Source: Bryobacterales bacterium (lineage in GTDB: Bacteria > Acidobacteriota > Terriglobia > Bryobacterales > UBA6623). Taken from it: a stretch of 64,000 nucleotides of DNA. The stretch covers positions 3,104,001 to 3,168,000 of the forward strand of contig OY729428.2 of NCBI GenBank assembly GCA_963422375.2. Reading direction: 5' to 3'. This document shows, piece after piece, positions 54,712 through 63,812 of this stretch. The notes under the pieces were generated by a model. That model was not told where the DNA came from, ran no database searches, and saw only the letters and a program-made list of their open reading frames with translations. Positions within the stretch are counted from its first letter, which is position 1, and every line of letters begins with the position of its first letter. The position numbers and the translations under genes were made by a program.

Positions 54712-56079
54712 CTACCTGTTCGACAGCCAGTCCTGCGTGTCCTGCAACGCGCCGCCGAAGCGGTCCAAGGCGATGTCGATCTCCGCTTCGGTGATGATCA
54801 GCGGCGGGGAGAACGCGACGGTGTCGCCAAGGGCACGCAGGATCAATCCGCGCTCAATCGCCCGTTGCATCAAGTAGGGACCGACTTCGAGACCTGACTC
54901 GAAGGGCTTCCGCGTGGCCCGGTCATCCACTAGCTCGACGCCGGCCATTAGCCCGACGCCGCGCACTTCGCCGACCAGCGGGTGGTCGGCGAAGCGTTCC
55001 CGCAAGCCCCCGAGCAGCCGCGGACCGATGCGGCGGACTCGCTCCACGATGTCCCTCTCCTCGTAGATCTTGAGGCATTCGAGCGCGACGGCGGCGCTGA
55101 CGGGATGGCCGCTGTAGGTGAATCCGTGGGCGAAGGTCCCCACGTCCTCGCTCCCGTCCCGCAGCACGCTGTACACCGGCTCGCTGACCATGACGGCCGA
55201 GATCGGTGCGTAGGCCGACGAAAGCTGCTTGGCGGTGGTCAGCATGTCGGGGCGGATGCCGAAGGTCTGCGAGCCCCACATGCTGCCCGTGCGGCCGAAT
55301 CCGCAGATGACTTCGTCCGCAATGAACAGCATGTCGTACCTGGATGTCACCTGCTGGACCTTCTCGAAGTAGCCGCGGGGCGGGACGATGACGCCTCCCG
55401 CGCCCATCACCGGCTCGGCGATCATCGCGGCCACGGTCTCGGGGCCTTCGTCGAGGATCTGCCGCTCGAGCTCCGACGCGAGGCGAGAGGCGTAGGCTTG
55501 CTCGGATTCCCCGGGCCGACCGCCGCGATAGTAGTGGGGCCGGGACGCGTGGAGGATGTTGGCGATGGGAAGGTCGAAGTTGCGGTGGTTGCGGAAGATG
55601 CCGGTAAGACTGCCCGCACCGACCGTGGACCCGTGGAAGCCGTCCGTGCGGGCGATGATCTTCTTCTTCCGCGGTCGTCCGAGGGCGTTGTTGTAGAACC
55701 AAACCATCCTGATCACCGTGTCGGACGCCTCGGAGCCGGAATTCGCGAAGAAGACCTTCGACATCGGTACGGGCGCCGACCGGAGCAGCCGCTCGGCCAG
55801 CTCGATCGCTGGCGAGTGGCTGCGGGACGTGAACAGGTGCATGAACGGCAAGGTCTTGAGCTGCCGGTAGGCGGCCTCCGCGAGGCGTGGCTCGTTGAAT
55901 CCCAGCGATGCGCACCAGAGGCCCGAAGCCGCTTCGAGGTAGGCGTTGCCGCGCTCGTCGTAGATCCAGACGCCGTCGCCCTTCGATATGACGAGCGGGC
56001 CTCCCACCTCGTGGGCGGTTGGCTTCGTAAACGGGTGCAGCACGCTCGCCACGTCGCGCGCGGTAGTCGACAACGACAT
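54712..56079 (-). CDS. Class III (omega-amino acid) aminotransferase
   Basis: SGLWC, NSGSEASD, FHGST, ADEVICGFGRTG, TAKQL, HGFTYSGHP. Confidence 0.92.
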   Translation of the reverse strand: MSLSTTARDVASVLHPFTKPTAHEVGGPLVISKGDGVWIYDERGNAYLEAASGLWCASLGFNEPRLAEAAYRQLKTLPFMHLFTSRSHSPAIELAERLLRSAPVPMSKVFFANSGSEASDTVIRMVWFYNNALGRPRKKKIIARTDGFHGSTVGAGSLTGIFRNHRNFDLPIANILHASRPHYYRGGRPGESEQAYASRLASELERQILDEGPETVAAMIAEPVMGAGGVIVPPRGYFEKVQQVTSRYDMLFIADEVICGFGRTGSMWGSQTFGIRPDMLTTAKQLSSAYAPISAVMVSEPVYSVLRDGSEDVGTFAHGFTYSGHPVSAAVALECLKIYEERDIVERVRRIGPRLLGGLRERFADHPLVGEVRGVGLMAGVELVDDRATRKPFESGLEVGPYLMQRAIERGLILRALGDTVAFSPPLIITEAEIDIALDRFGGALQDTQDWLSNR

Positions 56080-56110
56080 CTAGAGCGAGTATGACATCTA
56101 GAGCGAGTAT
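56075..56110. repeat. Perfect 18-bp tandem duplication GACATCTAGAGCGAGTAT x2
   Basis: Read directly; duplicates the aminotransferase start codon; CGAGTAT repeats again at 56111. Confidence 0.95.
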
Positions 56111-56409
56111 CGAGTATAACGACACGCCACTCGAGGCTTTACGACTAGGGAGTCGGGAACGAGCACTACGGCCGAGCGGGCAACGCGACAGCCCGGCCTC
56201 CTCGGTCGTCTCACTGCCATCGGCCGTGGCGACAGCCTCCGCGTGCCGGCATAGGACTGAGACCTCGGCCAAGTCTTCTGAAAGGAATTTCCGCAGGGAC
56301 TCACTCGCCAGCACTCCGTCAACTCCATTTGACCGAGGGCGACCGAGCGCGATTCGGCGCTCGGCTCGGGACGCTGAGAGGATGTTTGCTAGAATGTAGT
56401 GGGTTGGGT

Positions 56410-56638
56410 GATGGACTCGGACGTTCATGCACCGTTCGGCATTCACGTGGTCTGGCACCCCTGCTCGGATCTGGGCAAGTCACTGGCCAGAGCCATCTAT
56501 ACTCACTTCACGCACGATTCATACAGCAACGTAGCAGGCGGGCTCAGATTGCCGGTTCATTTTCGCAGTGAGCTTCCCCCCAACGCAAGCACGCCACTGA
56601 GAATCAATTGGAAGTCTGCAAGTGCGGTCGTAGTTTTT
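56410..56638 (+). pseudogene. N-terminus of a probable TIR-domain defence protein truncated by IS1595
   Basis: FGIHVVWHP...AIYTHF...GLRLPVHFRS resembles my recollection of TIR/SLOG protein N-termini; low GC. Confidence 0.45.
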
Positions 56639-58020
56639 GGGAATTATATATCCGAGTGCCGAGGGAACCAAGCCGACAAATTATCATGCCACTAGATATT
56701 TTCCTGTTTTTTCCGGAGTTCCGTTGAAATTCGGTAGTGTTTCTTGGTAGAATAGTTCCAAGATATGAGATCGTATATGCAGAAGAAAGATCCTGGGAAG
56801 TGGTTTCGTAAAGGCCTCACCCTGATTGAAGTGATCGCCATGTTCCGCGATGACGAATCCGCGGAAAAGTGGTTCGCCTCCATGCGCTGGCCGGACGGCC
56901 CCGCGTGCCCCCGCTGCCGCGGCTCCAGCGTGCAGTCCGGCGCGGCCCACCCTTCGATGCCGTACCGTTGCCGCGGCTGCGGCAAGCGCTTTTCCGTGCG
57001 CACCGGCAGCGTGATGGCCGACACCAAGCTCGGCTACCGCACCTGGGCCGTCGCCCTGTTCCTGCTGACCACCGGCATCAAGGGTGTCTCGAGCATGAAG
57101 CTGCACCGCGACCTAGGCGTCAGCCGGAAGTCGGCCTGGCACCTCGCGCACCGCATCCGCCCGCGCCGGGCGCGGGCCCGTCGGCAAGACCCCGGTGGCG
57201 GGCGCGCGGGAGCGCGCCACGAACGCAGTGGCCGCGCGGCCGCTGCCGGGCACCGCCAAGGGCGACCTGCAGGGCTTCGTGCGCGGCCGGGTCGCGCCGG
57301 GCGCGCAGGTCCGCTCCGACGAGGCGGCGGCCTGCGCCGGCATGGCGGAGTTCCCGCACGAAGCCGTCCAGCATTCCGGCGGCGAGTACGTGCGCGGGGC
57401 GGCGCATACGAACGGCATCGAGTCGTTTTGGTCCCTGTTCAAGCACGGCCTCTACGGAACCTATCACCGGATGAGCGTCCGTCATCCGGGTCGCTACCTG
57501 ACGGAGTTCGCGGGACGGTGCAACGACCGCGACTGCGACACGGCGGAACAGATGCGGCGCATGGCGCGGGGCCTGGTCGGCCAGACGCTGACCTACCGGC
57601 AGCTGACCGGCAAGGCCGCAATCGCGGCCCGCTGCCGACGCACTCTTCACGCTCGATGCGCTTCACGCTCGGTGCGAGGGGCGCGCCGGATCTGGAATCC
57701 CCCGGCGCGACCCGCGTCCGGCCCGGACCGTCCATACAGGCCGTCGAGCGCCGGGGATCCGCTGTCTTCGGCCCTCGCAGGGCACGCAAGCGGCTTGCAA
57801 GGGGTGCCCTCCACCGCCAACCGGATTCCACCGGGGCATGCGAGGGGGCCTCTCTTATCCGTGCCTCGTCAATTCCGCTGGCAGCTTCGATTCAGATACG
57901 ATCCCATCTTGCTGTGCCTGCCGCGGCCGCATTCGAATGACCCGAGCCAGACGCCGACCTCCCTGCTCACAGCAGTTCTCGTCGGACATGGCGTTGTCGG
58001 CACTCAGATATATAATTCCC
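56639..58020 (+). mobile_element. IS1595-family element, copy B (internal deletion)
   Basis: Near-identical IRs to copy A; deletion near 57160 removes VEVDETYVGG and shifts frame; no TSD. Confidence 0.9.
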
Positions 58021-58538
58021 AAAAAAAGCGCCTTGGATTCCACGGGATCCGGCGGGCCGAACAGCCGACCGACAAATTGCTAAGGGCTCCTCGCGTGCCC
58101 GAAGTCCGCCCTTCAATTCGGCCCGGATGTCTAGAGATTTCTGTCGGATGTTGTTAGTAGGGAAGTAGGAGTGGACAAACACTCCATCTCAAGGATTTCT
58201 CACTTAGACAACCCTGTGTGCATGGCACCGACCTGGATTCGCCTACTGAATAGGGGGCGCTAGCGTGCAGGTCGTCAGAACTGCAGCTAGACAGTGAGGC
58301 AGGCGTTGAGCCGGCTGAGCGCGGCTTGATCTCCGGATACGTTGCTGCCGCCGTTCCGCTAAGGGCCAGAGGAAACTAATCCGTAAACGATCTCGCGTAG
58401 CAAGAGGAAGTCATGCAAGTCTAGGGCATTAGAGAGATTGCTGTATTCTGATCTCCGCTTCTGAGGGCTAGGCGATTCTCGGAGAAACGTGATTATACAG
58501 AATGCTAGAGTCCTTCCAGCGTAGCCTTTCACAAGGCC

Positions 58539-59363
58539 TCACTGCCGCATCGCGAGCACTTCCAACGCCTGCTTGACAATAGGCTGGTCCTCGAGCACGC
58601 CGTCCACTCCGTAGACTCCGCCTCGTCTATCCTTGAACCGCAGGACCACTTTCGACGCCTTGTCGATTTCCGCATCCGTAGGAGCGAACACCTCATTGAT
58701 GACAGGCACCTGCGCTGGATGGATGGCAGCCTGCCCGGTGAAGCCTAGGACCCTGCTTCTCCGCGCCGCGGCTCTCACCGTGTCTAGGTCCTTATAGGCC
58801 ATTTGAGGCGAATCAAAGACGGACAGACCAGCCGCCCGCGCAGCGTTCGCAACGCTGCACCTGGCAAAGGCAAGCTCGGGCTCCCCGGCAGTTCGCAGGA
58901 TCCTCATCGCCGCGCAGTAGTCCTCCGCCCCGAACATCAACCCTGTGACTCGCGCAGAAGCGAGGGCGACGACGGGAGCGTTGACGACGCCCCTAGGCGT
59001 CTCGATGAGAGGCAGAACGGGCACTGATCCCGGCAGCTCGGCCAAGAGTTCGTTCATTTCCCCGGCCCCCTCGCACTTCGGAATGACAATGCCAGCCGGG
59101 TCGCATTCCTGAACAGCCTCGCAGTCGTGACGGACGAGATCGCCCCGGGTCGCGTTGATGCGAATCAGCACGGGACGGCCGAGCGCCTTGAGGGCAGGCA
59201 TCGCTTCTCTCGTCGCGTCCCGCGCTCGCTGCTTGTTGCTCTCCGAGACCGCGTCCTCCCAGTCGACGATGAACGCGTCGGCCGAAATCCGAGAGGTCTT
59301 CGACAGCTTCCGGGGACTGTCCCCCGGAACGTAGAGGATGCTGCGAGCACTGCCGAGTTCCAT
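58539..59363 (-). CDS. CitE/HpcH family acyl-CoA lyase
   Basis: RSILYVPG, DWEDAV, IRIN, PKCE, LIET, FGAED, IHPAQ. Confidence 0.9.
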   Translation of the reverse strand: MELGSARSILYVPGDSPRKLSKTSRISADAFIVDWEDAVSESNKQRARDATREAMPALKALGRPVLIRINATRGDLVRHDCEAVQECDPAGIVIPKCEGAGEMNELLAELPGSVPVLPLIETPRGVVNAPVVALASARVTGLMFGAEDYCAAMRILRTAGEPELAFARCSVANAARAAGLSVFDSPQMAYKDLDTVRAAARRSRVLGFTGQAAIHPAQVPVINEVFAPTDAEIDKASKVVLRFKDRRGGVYGVDGVLEDQPIVKQALEVLAMRQ

Positions 59364-59436
59364 CAAGGGACGCTCCGCTTCATAATGGGCACTGCGGGGC
59401 TCGCCGCGCGGGCGGCCACGGGAAGAACCCCAGCCA

Positions 59437-59898
59437 ATGGCATACGGGCGCTATTTCGACGATTTCGAGGTCGGGCAAGTGTTCCGGCACTGGCCGGGCA
59501 GGACCGTCTCCGAGGCAGACGATACGTGGTTCTCGCTGCTGACGATGAACCAGCACCCGGTTCACATCGACGCGAACTACGCTGCGCGGACGCAGCACGG
59601 ACAGAGGCTGGTGGTCGGCCCGCTCGTGTTCAGCATCGTGGTTGGCATGAGCGTAGCAGACGTGAGCGGGAGAGCGATCGCGAACCTCGACTACAGCGAG
59701 GTCAAGCACGTCGGGCCGGTATTTCACGGCGACACGCTATATGCGGAGAGCCGCATCGCCGGCCTGCGCGAGTCCCGGTCCAAGCCGGACCGCGGGCTCG
59801 TTTACGTGGAGAGTCGCGGCTTCAACCAGCGCGACGAGACCGTTCTGACGCTAAAGCGCACTGTGCTGGTTCCCAAGCGACCGCGAGGGATCGCATGA
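59437..59898 (+). CDS. MaoC family dehydratase
   Basis: GRYFDDF, GRTVSEAD, MNQHPVHID, PVFHGDTL. Confidence 0.9.
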   Translation: MAYGRYFDDFEVGQVFRHWPGRTVSEADDTWFSLLTMNQHPVHIDANYAARTQHGQRLVVGPLVFSIVVGMSVADVSGRAIANLDYSEVKHVGPVFHGDTLYAESRIAGLRESRSKPDRGLVYVESRGFNQRDETVLTLKRTVLVPKRPRGIA

Positions 59899-61058
59899 GC
59901 TATTCGCTAAACGCGGAGCAGCGCCAGATTCGCGACGCCGTGCTTGAGGTCTGCTCGGACTTCCCCGGCGAGTACTGGCGCAAGCTGGACGAGACGCAAG
60001 GCTACCCTACCGACTTCGTGCGAGCGCTCACCGATGGCGGCTGGCTAGCGGCACTCATTCCCGAGGAATACGGCGGGAGCGGCCTCGGAATCCTCGAGGC
60101 AAGCCTCATCATGGAGGCGATCAACGCTTCGGGCGGCAATGCCGCCGCCTGTCACGCCCAGATGTACATCATGGGCGTGCTGACGCGCCGCGGCACAGGG
60201 GAGCAGAAGCAGAAGTTCCTGCCCGCTCTCGCCGACGGGCGGATCCGCCTGCAGGCCTTCGGCGTGACCGAGCCAACTACGGGCTCGGACACGACTCAGC
60301 TGCAGACTCGCGCGGTCAGGCGCGGAGACCGCTACCTCGTCCATGGGCAGAAGGTCTTCACCTCCCGCATCGAGCATTCGGATCTGATGCTGCTGCTGGT
60401 GAGGACCACCCCCCGGGACCAAGTCACGAGGAAGACCCACGGCCTGTCGATCCTGCTGGTGGACCTCGCCGAGTCGACGGGCATGGGAATCGAAATCCGG
60501 CCCCTTCGCACGATGATCAACCACCATACGTGCGAAGTGTTCCTGGACGGTCTCGAAGTGCCGATTTCCAACCGCATCGGCGAGGAGGGCGAGGGCTTTC
60601 GAGCGCTGCTGGACGGACTCAATGCGGAGCGCATCCTGATCGCGGCGGAATGCATCGGTGATGGGGGCTGGTTCATGGGCAAGGCGTGCGCGTACGCCCG
60701 GGAGCGAGTCGTCTTCGGTCGGCCCATCGGACAGAACCAAGGCGTTCAATTTCCCCTAGCCAAGGCGCACGCCCATATCGAAGCGGCGGACCTGATGCGA
60801 CACCATGCTGCGTCGCTGTACGACTCGGGGCAAGCCTGCGGGCCGCAAGCGAACATGGCGAAGCTGCTCGCCGCGGACGCGTCGTGGGAAGCGGCGAACG
60901 CCTGCCTGCAGACGCACGGGGGCTACGGATTCGCGGCGGACTACGACGTGGAGCGCAAGTTCAGGGAGACGCGCCTGTACCAAGTGGCCCCGGTATCGAC
61001 AAACCTGATCCTCTCCTACATCGCGGAGAGGGTGCTCGGACTACCCCGGTCCTATTGA
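59895..61058 (+). CDS. Acyl-CoA dehydrogenase
   Basis: IPEEYGGSG, VTEPTTGSD, GQKVF, FGRPIGQNQGVQF, THGGYGF; ATGA-coupled to MaoC. Confidence 0.93.
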   Translation: MSYSLNAEQRQIRDAVLEVCSDFPGEYWRKLDETQGYPTDFVRALTDGGWLAALIPEEYGGSGLGILEASLIMEAINASGGNAAACHAQMYIMGVLTRRGTGEQKQKFLPALADGRIRLQAFGVTEPTTGSDTTQLQTRAVRRGDRYLVHGQKVFTSRIEHSDLMLLLVRTTPRDQVTRKTHGLSILLVDLAESTGMGIEIRPLRTMINHHTCEVFLDGLEVPISNRIGEEGEGFRALLDGLNAERILIAAECIGDGGWFMGKACAYARERVVFGRPIGQNQGVQFPLAKAHAHIEAADLMRHHAASLYDSGQACGPQANMAKLLAADASWEAANACLQTHGGYGFAADYDVERKFRETRLYQVAPVSTNLILSYIAERVLGLPRSY

Positions 61059-62836
61059 GCTGCCTCATCGAAAGCCCGCTCCAGTCGCTCCAGGCCGCTT
61101 GTGAGGGGTCCGGAGAGGTGGATTCGTAGAGCCCGGCGTCGGAGGCTCGTCAGAACGTGGAAGTCTCCGAGGGCCTGGGCGGACTTGACGATTCCGAAGC
61201 TGAGATCCCGCCCCGGAACTGGAATATCGGCGTCGCCGTCGTCACCACCGATCTGCACGAAAACGCCGCTGTCCGGGCCGCCCTTGTGCAGCTGACCGGT
61301 CGAATGCAGGAACCGCGGCCCGAATCCGACACAGGTCGCGACGCCTCGCAGGGCTCCAACAGCGCGTCGCATCCTTGCAAGCGCGGCATGGGTCTCGGCA
61401 CTTCGGCGGACGAATGCCAGCAGGGCGACATAGTCCCCCGAGTCGGCCGTACTGAGATGCGAGCGCAGAACGGAAGCTACAGTAGGCGACTCGGAGTCCG
61501 CGAGCAGGCGCCGACCCTGCTCCGCGCCGGCGAAGAGGCTGATGCCAGCCTCCTCGAGCAATGGAGCCTCGGACGGCAGCGATCCATCCGATTCGTAAGA
61601 ATTCGCGAGCGCGCGCGCCGCGACCTTCGCGGACTCGACGTCCGGCTGGTCGAACGGGTTGATGCCGAGAACGGATCCGGCGACGGCCGTCGCGAACTCC
61701 CAGCGGAAAAACTCCTGTCCGATGTCCTCGAGACTGCCTATTCGGATTCGAACCACTGGATGGCCCAGCCGGTGCAACGCGTCCAATAGCGCGTCGGTCT
61801 CCGGGCAGGACTCTGCGCACAACGAAAAGCTCGCGAACACTCGGTCCGCAGAGTACTCGAACGGCTCACACAGCGCTTCGCCGTCCACGGGCACAATTCC
61901 CTTCCCCAGCTTGCCTGTCGACTCGGCGATCAGCTGCTCGATCCAAGGTCCGAGTGAGGCGAGCTTTGGAGATGACACAAGCGTGAGCTTGTCACGGCCC
62001 TCCAGTGCCGAGGCACCGAGGATGAGCCCGAGACGAAATCCCGGGTTCTGGCCGGGAGGCACGTCGGGCCCGCAGGCCGCGCACATTGCGCTAGCACCGG
62101 CTAGGAGTCGCTCGATGTCGAGGCCCATCGCCGCGGCGGGCACCAGCCCGAAGCGGGACAGAGCGGAATAACGGCCGCCGATGGACGGCTCCCCGTGCAT
62201 CACGTATCGAAAGCCAAGCGCCTTGGCCTTCGCCTCAAGTCGCGAACCTGGATCGGTGATCGCGACAAAGTGCCTCGCCGCTCGCTTGATCCCGACACGG
62301 GCCGCGAGCCGCTGCAGAAAGTGTTCCGTCAGCAATGCGGTCTCGAGCGTCGTCCCGGATTTGCTTGCGGAGATGAACAGCGTCGATTCAAGATCAATCG
62401 CTCGCTCGCAGCCGCGAAGCTCTCCGGGGACCGTGGAATCGACCACCCGCAATTCGGGAAACCCTTCTTGCGCACCGAAGGACAGGCTCAGCACTTCGGG
62501 GCAGAGGCTCGACCCGCCCATTCCCAAGAGGACTGCGTGGCGGAATCGTCCGCGTACGTCCGCGGCAAACACCCGAAGATCACCGCAGCACCGGAGCTGC
62601 TCGTCCGCGACGCCCAGCCAGCCGAGCCACTTCGACTCGCCGGACGACGTCCAAAGGGCCTCTTCGGCACCCCACAGCCGCAGGACGGCACCGCTGGCGA
62701 CCCACCGGTCGCCCAGTACCTGGAGCTCTTCGCGGAGAGGCCCAGCCAAGGCTTCAACTTGGGTGTTCAGTTCGAATCCGTACTTCGTCATCCTGTCCCT
62801 AGTATCGTTCGGGGCCTGCAACCACGGCTGATTCAT
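61052..62836 (-). CDS. Glucose-6-phosphate isomerase (PGI half of Tal/Pgi type)
   Basis: LGMGGSSL, SKSGTTLET, ITDPGS, IGGRYSALS, EQLIAESTGK, NPFDQPDVE, HSTGQLHKGG. Confidence 0.88.
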   Translation of the reverse strand: MNQPWLQAPNDTRDRMTKYGFELNTQVEALAGPLREELQVLGDRWVASGAVLRLWGAEEALWTSSGESKWLGWLGVADEQLRCCGDLRVFAADVRGRFRHAVLLGMGGSSLCPEVLSLSFGAQEGFPELRVVDSTVPGELRGCERAIDLESTLFISASKSGTTLETALLTEHFLQRLAARVGIKRAARHFVAITDPGSRLEAKAKALGFRYVMHGEPSIGGRYSALSRFGLVPAAAMGLDIERLLAGASAMCAACGPDVPPGQNPGFRLGLILGASALEGRDKLTLVSSPKLASLGPWIEQLIAESTGKLGKGIVPVDGEALCEPFEYSADRVFASFSLCAESCPETDALLDALHRLGHPVVRIRIGSLEDIGQEFFRWEFATAVAGSVLGINPFDQPDVESAKVAARALANSYESDGSLPSEAPLLEEAGISLFAGAEQGRRLLADSESPTVASVLRSHLSTADSGDYVALLAFVRRSAETHAALARMRRAVGALRGVATCVGFGPRFLHSTGQLHKGGPDSGVFVQIGGDDGDADIPVPGRDLSFGIVKSAQALGDFHVLTSLRRRALRIHLSGPLTSGLERLERAFDEAAQ

Positions 62837-62891
62837 AGAGATTGCTAGCTTTCATGTGTCAATGACTTACCTTTAGTGTGCTTCGTCCTAG

Positions 62892-63812
62892 CCCCAAAGT
62901 TCCAGGATGCGGGCAGTTAGGGGGTGGTCTGGCTCTTTCGGCGGGAATCGTGTGTACAGCCCGGGAAAACCCGGAGTTCCGCCAGGAGGAGGTGGTTGTG
63001 CGCCTGATTCAGCCCGACGAGCGGCTGGAGTGGGACCGGCGAATGGACCTAGGACACTATCTGCGCTTCCGGCGGGCCGCGGGCTGCGCTACGTCGCCGA
63101 GTGGCACGGGCAGTGGCTGGCCCTGGCGGGCTGGCAGACCGGCGTGTTCCAGTGCGCGCCGCTCGACCATTGGATCGGCTGGGTCGGCTGGATCGGCGCG
63201 GTGCGGATGCGCCGCCTGCATCTGAGCGGCAACAACACGCGCTTCCCGGTGCTGCCCGCGAGCGAGGGCCTGAAGATCCTCGGCTCGTATGTGCCGGGGG
63301 CCAATCCGCGGCACCTCGGCGCGGACTGGGAGCGGCGCCGGGGCATCCGCTGCTGCACCATCGTGAAGCCGAGCGCGTACCGTGGCAATGCGTACCTAGC
63401 GGCGAACTGGATTCCGGTGGGGCTGACTCAGGGCTAGGCGCGCTCGAACGGCAAGTACACCGCCAAGCACGGGGAGCACAAGGGTGCCGGTGTACCCGCT
63501 GCAGGACGGCGTGCGGGAACTGCTGCAGGACCCGCGGGACCGCCCGGAATGGTCCTGGTGCAGTATGAGCAGGCCGAGCTGCGCTCGCTGCGGGAGTTGC
63601 CGGACGAACTGGAGGACCCGCGCAGCATGCGCGGCCTGCGGCATCCGCCGGATGCCGCGGTGGCATTGCCGGCACTAGCGAAGCTGGCCGGGCACAGCGG
63701 CGGGCGGGCCGCCGAAGGGTTCGCCAAGGCCTTGACGCAAGAGCAGCTACGGCTCCTGGTCTGCTGCTTCCGGCGCGACCGCGGGCGCCACGAGGCGCCC
63801 TCGGACTCCGGC
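62892..63812 (+). mobile_element. DUF4338/ISAs1-family transposase remnant
   Basis: HYL, LRYVA, NNTRF, YLAANW..G.TQG* (DUF4338) then DPR..G.RHP (ISAs1 N-terminus); stops, frameshifts, truncated; boundaries approximate. Confidence 0.75.

Noticed and set aside
1467..62848. Many long overlapping or antisense ORFs in the track (e.g. 1502-2746, 7052-8656, 11058-12275, 54923-56458)
   Set aside because: Arg/Pro/Gly-rich shadow frames of real genes in GC-rich DNA with no motifs.
38926..63437. TAG reassignment or pyrrolysine readthrough
   Set aside because: The inferred residues differ (Tyr, Lys, Gln/Glu, Trp), the same genes carry frameshifts or motif decay, and intact genes such as lysS and fabV end in TAG.
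62990..63437. DUF4338 as Druantia defence component DruA
   Set aside because: It is followed directly by an ISAs1-type transposase N-terminus, and no other Druantia genes are present.
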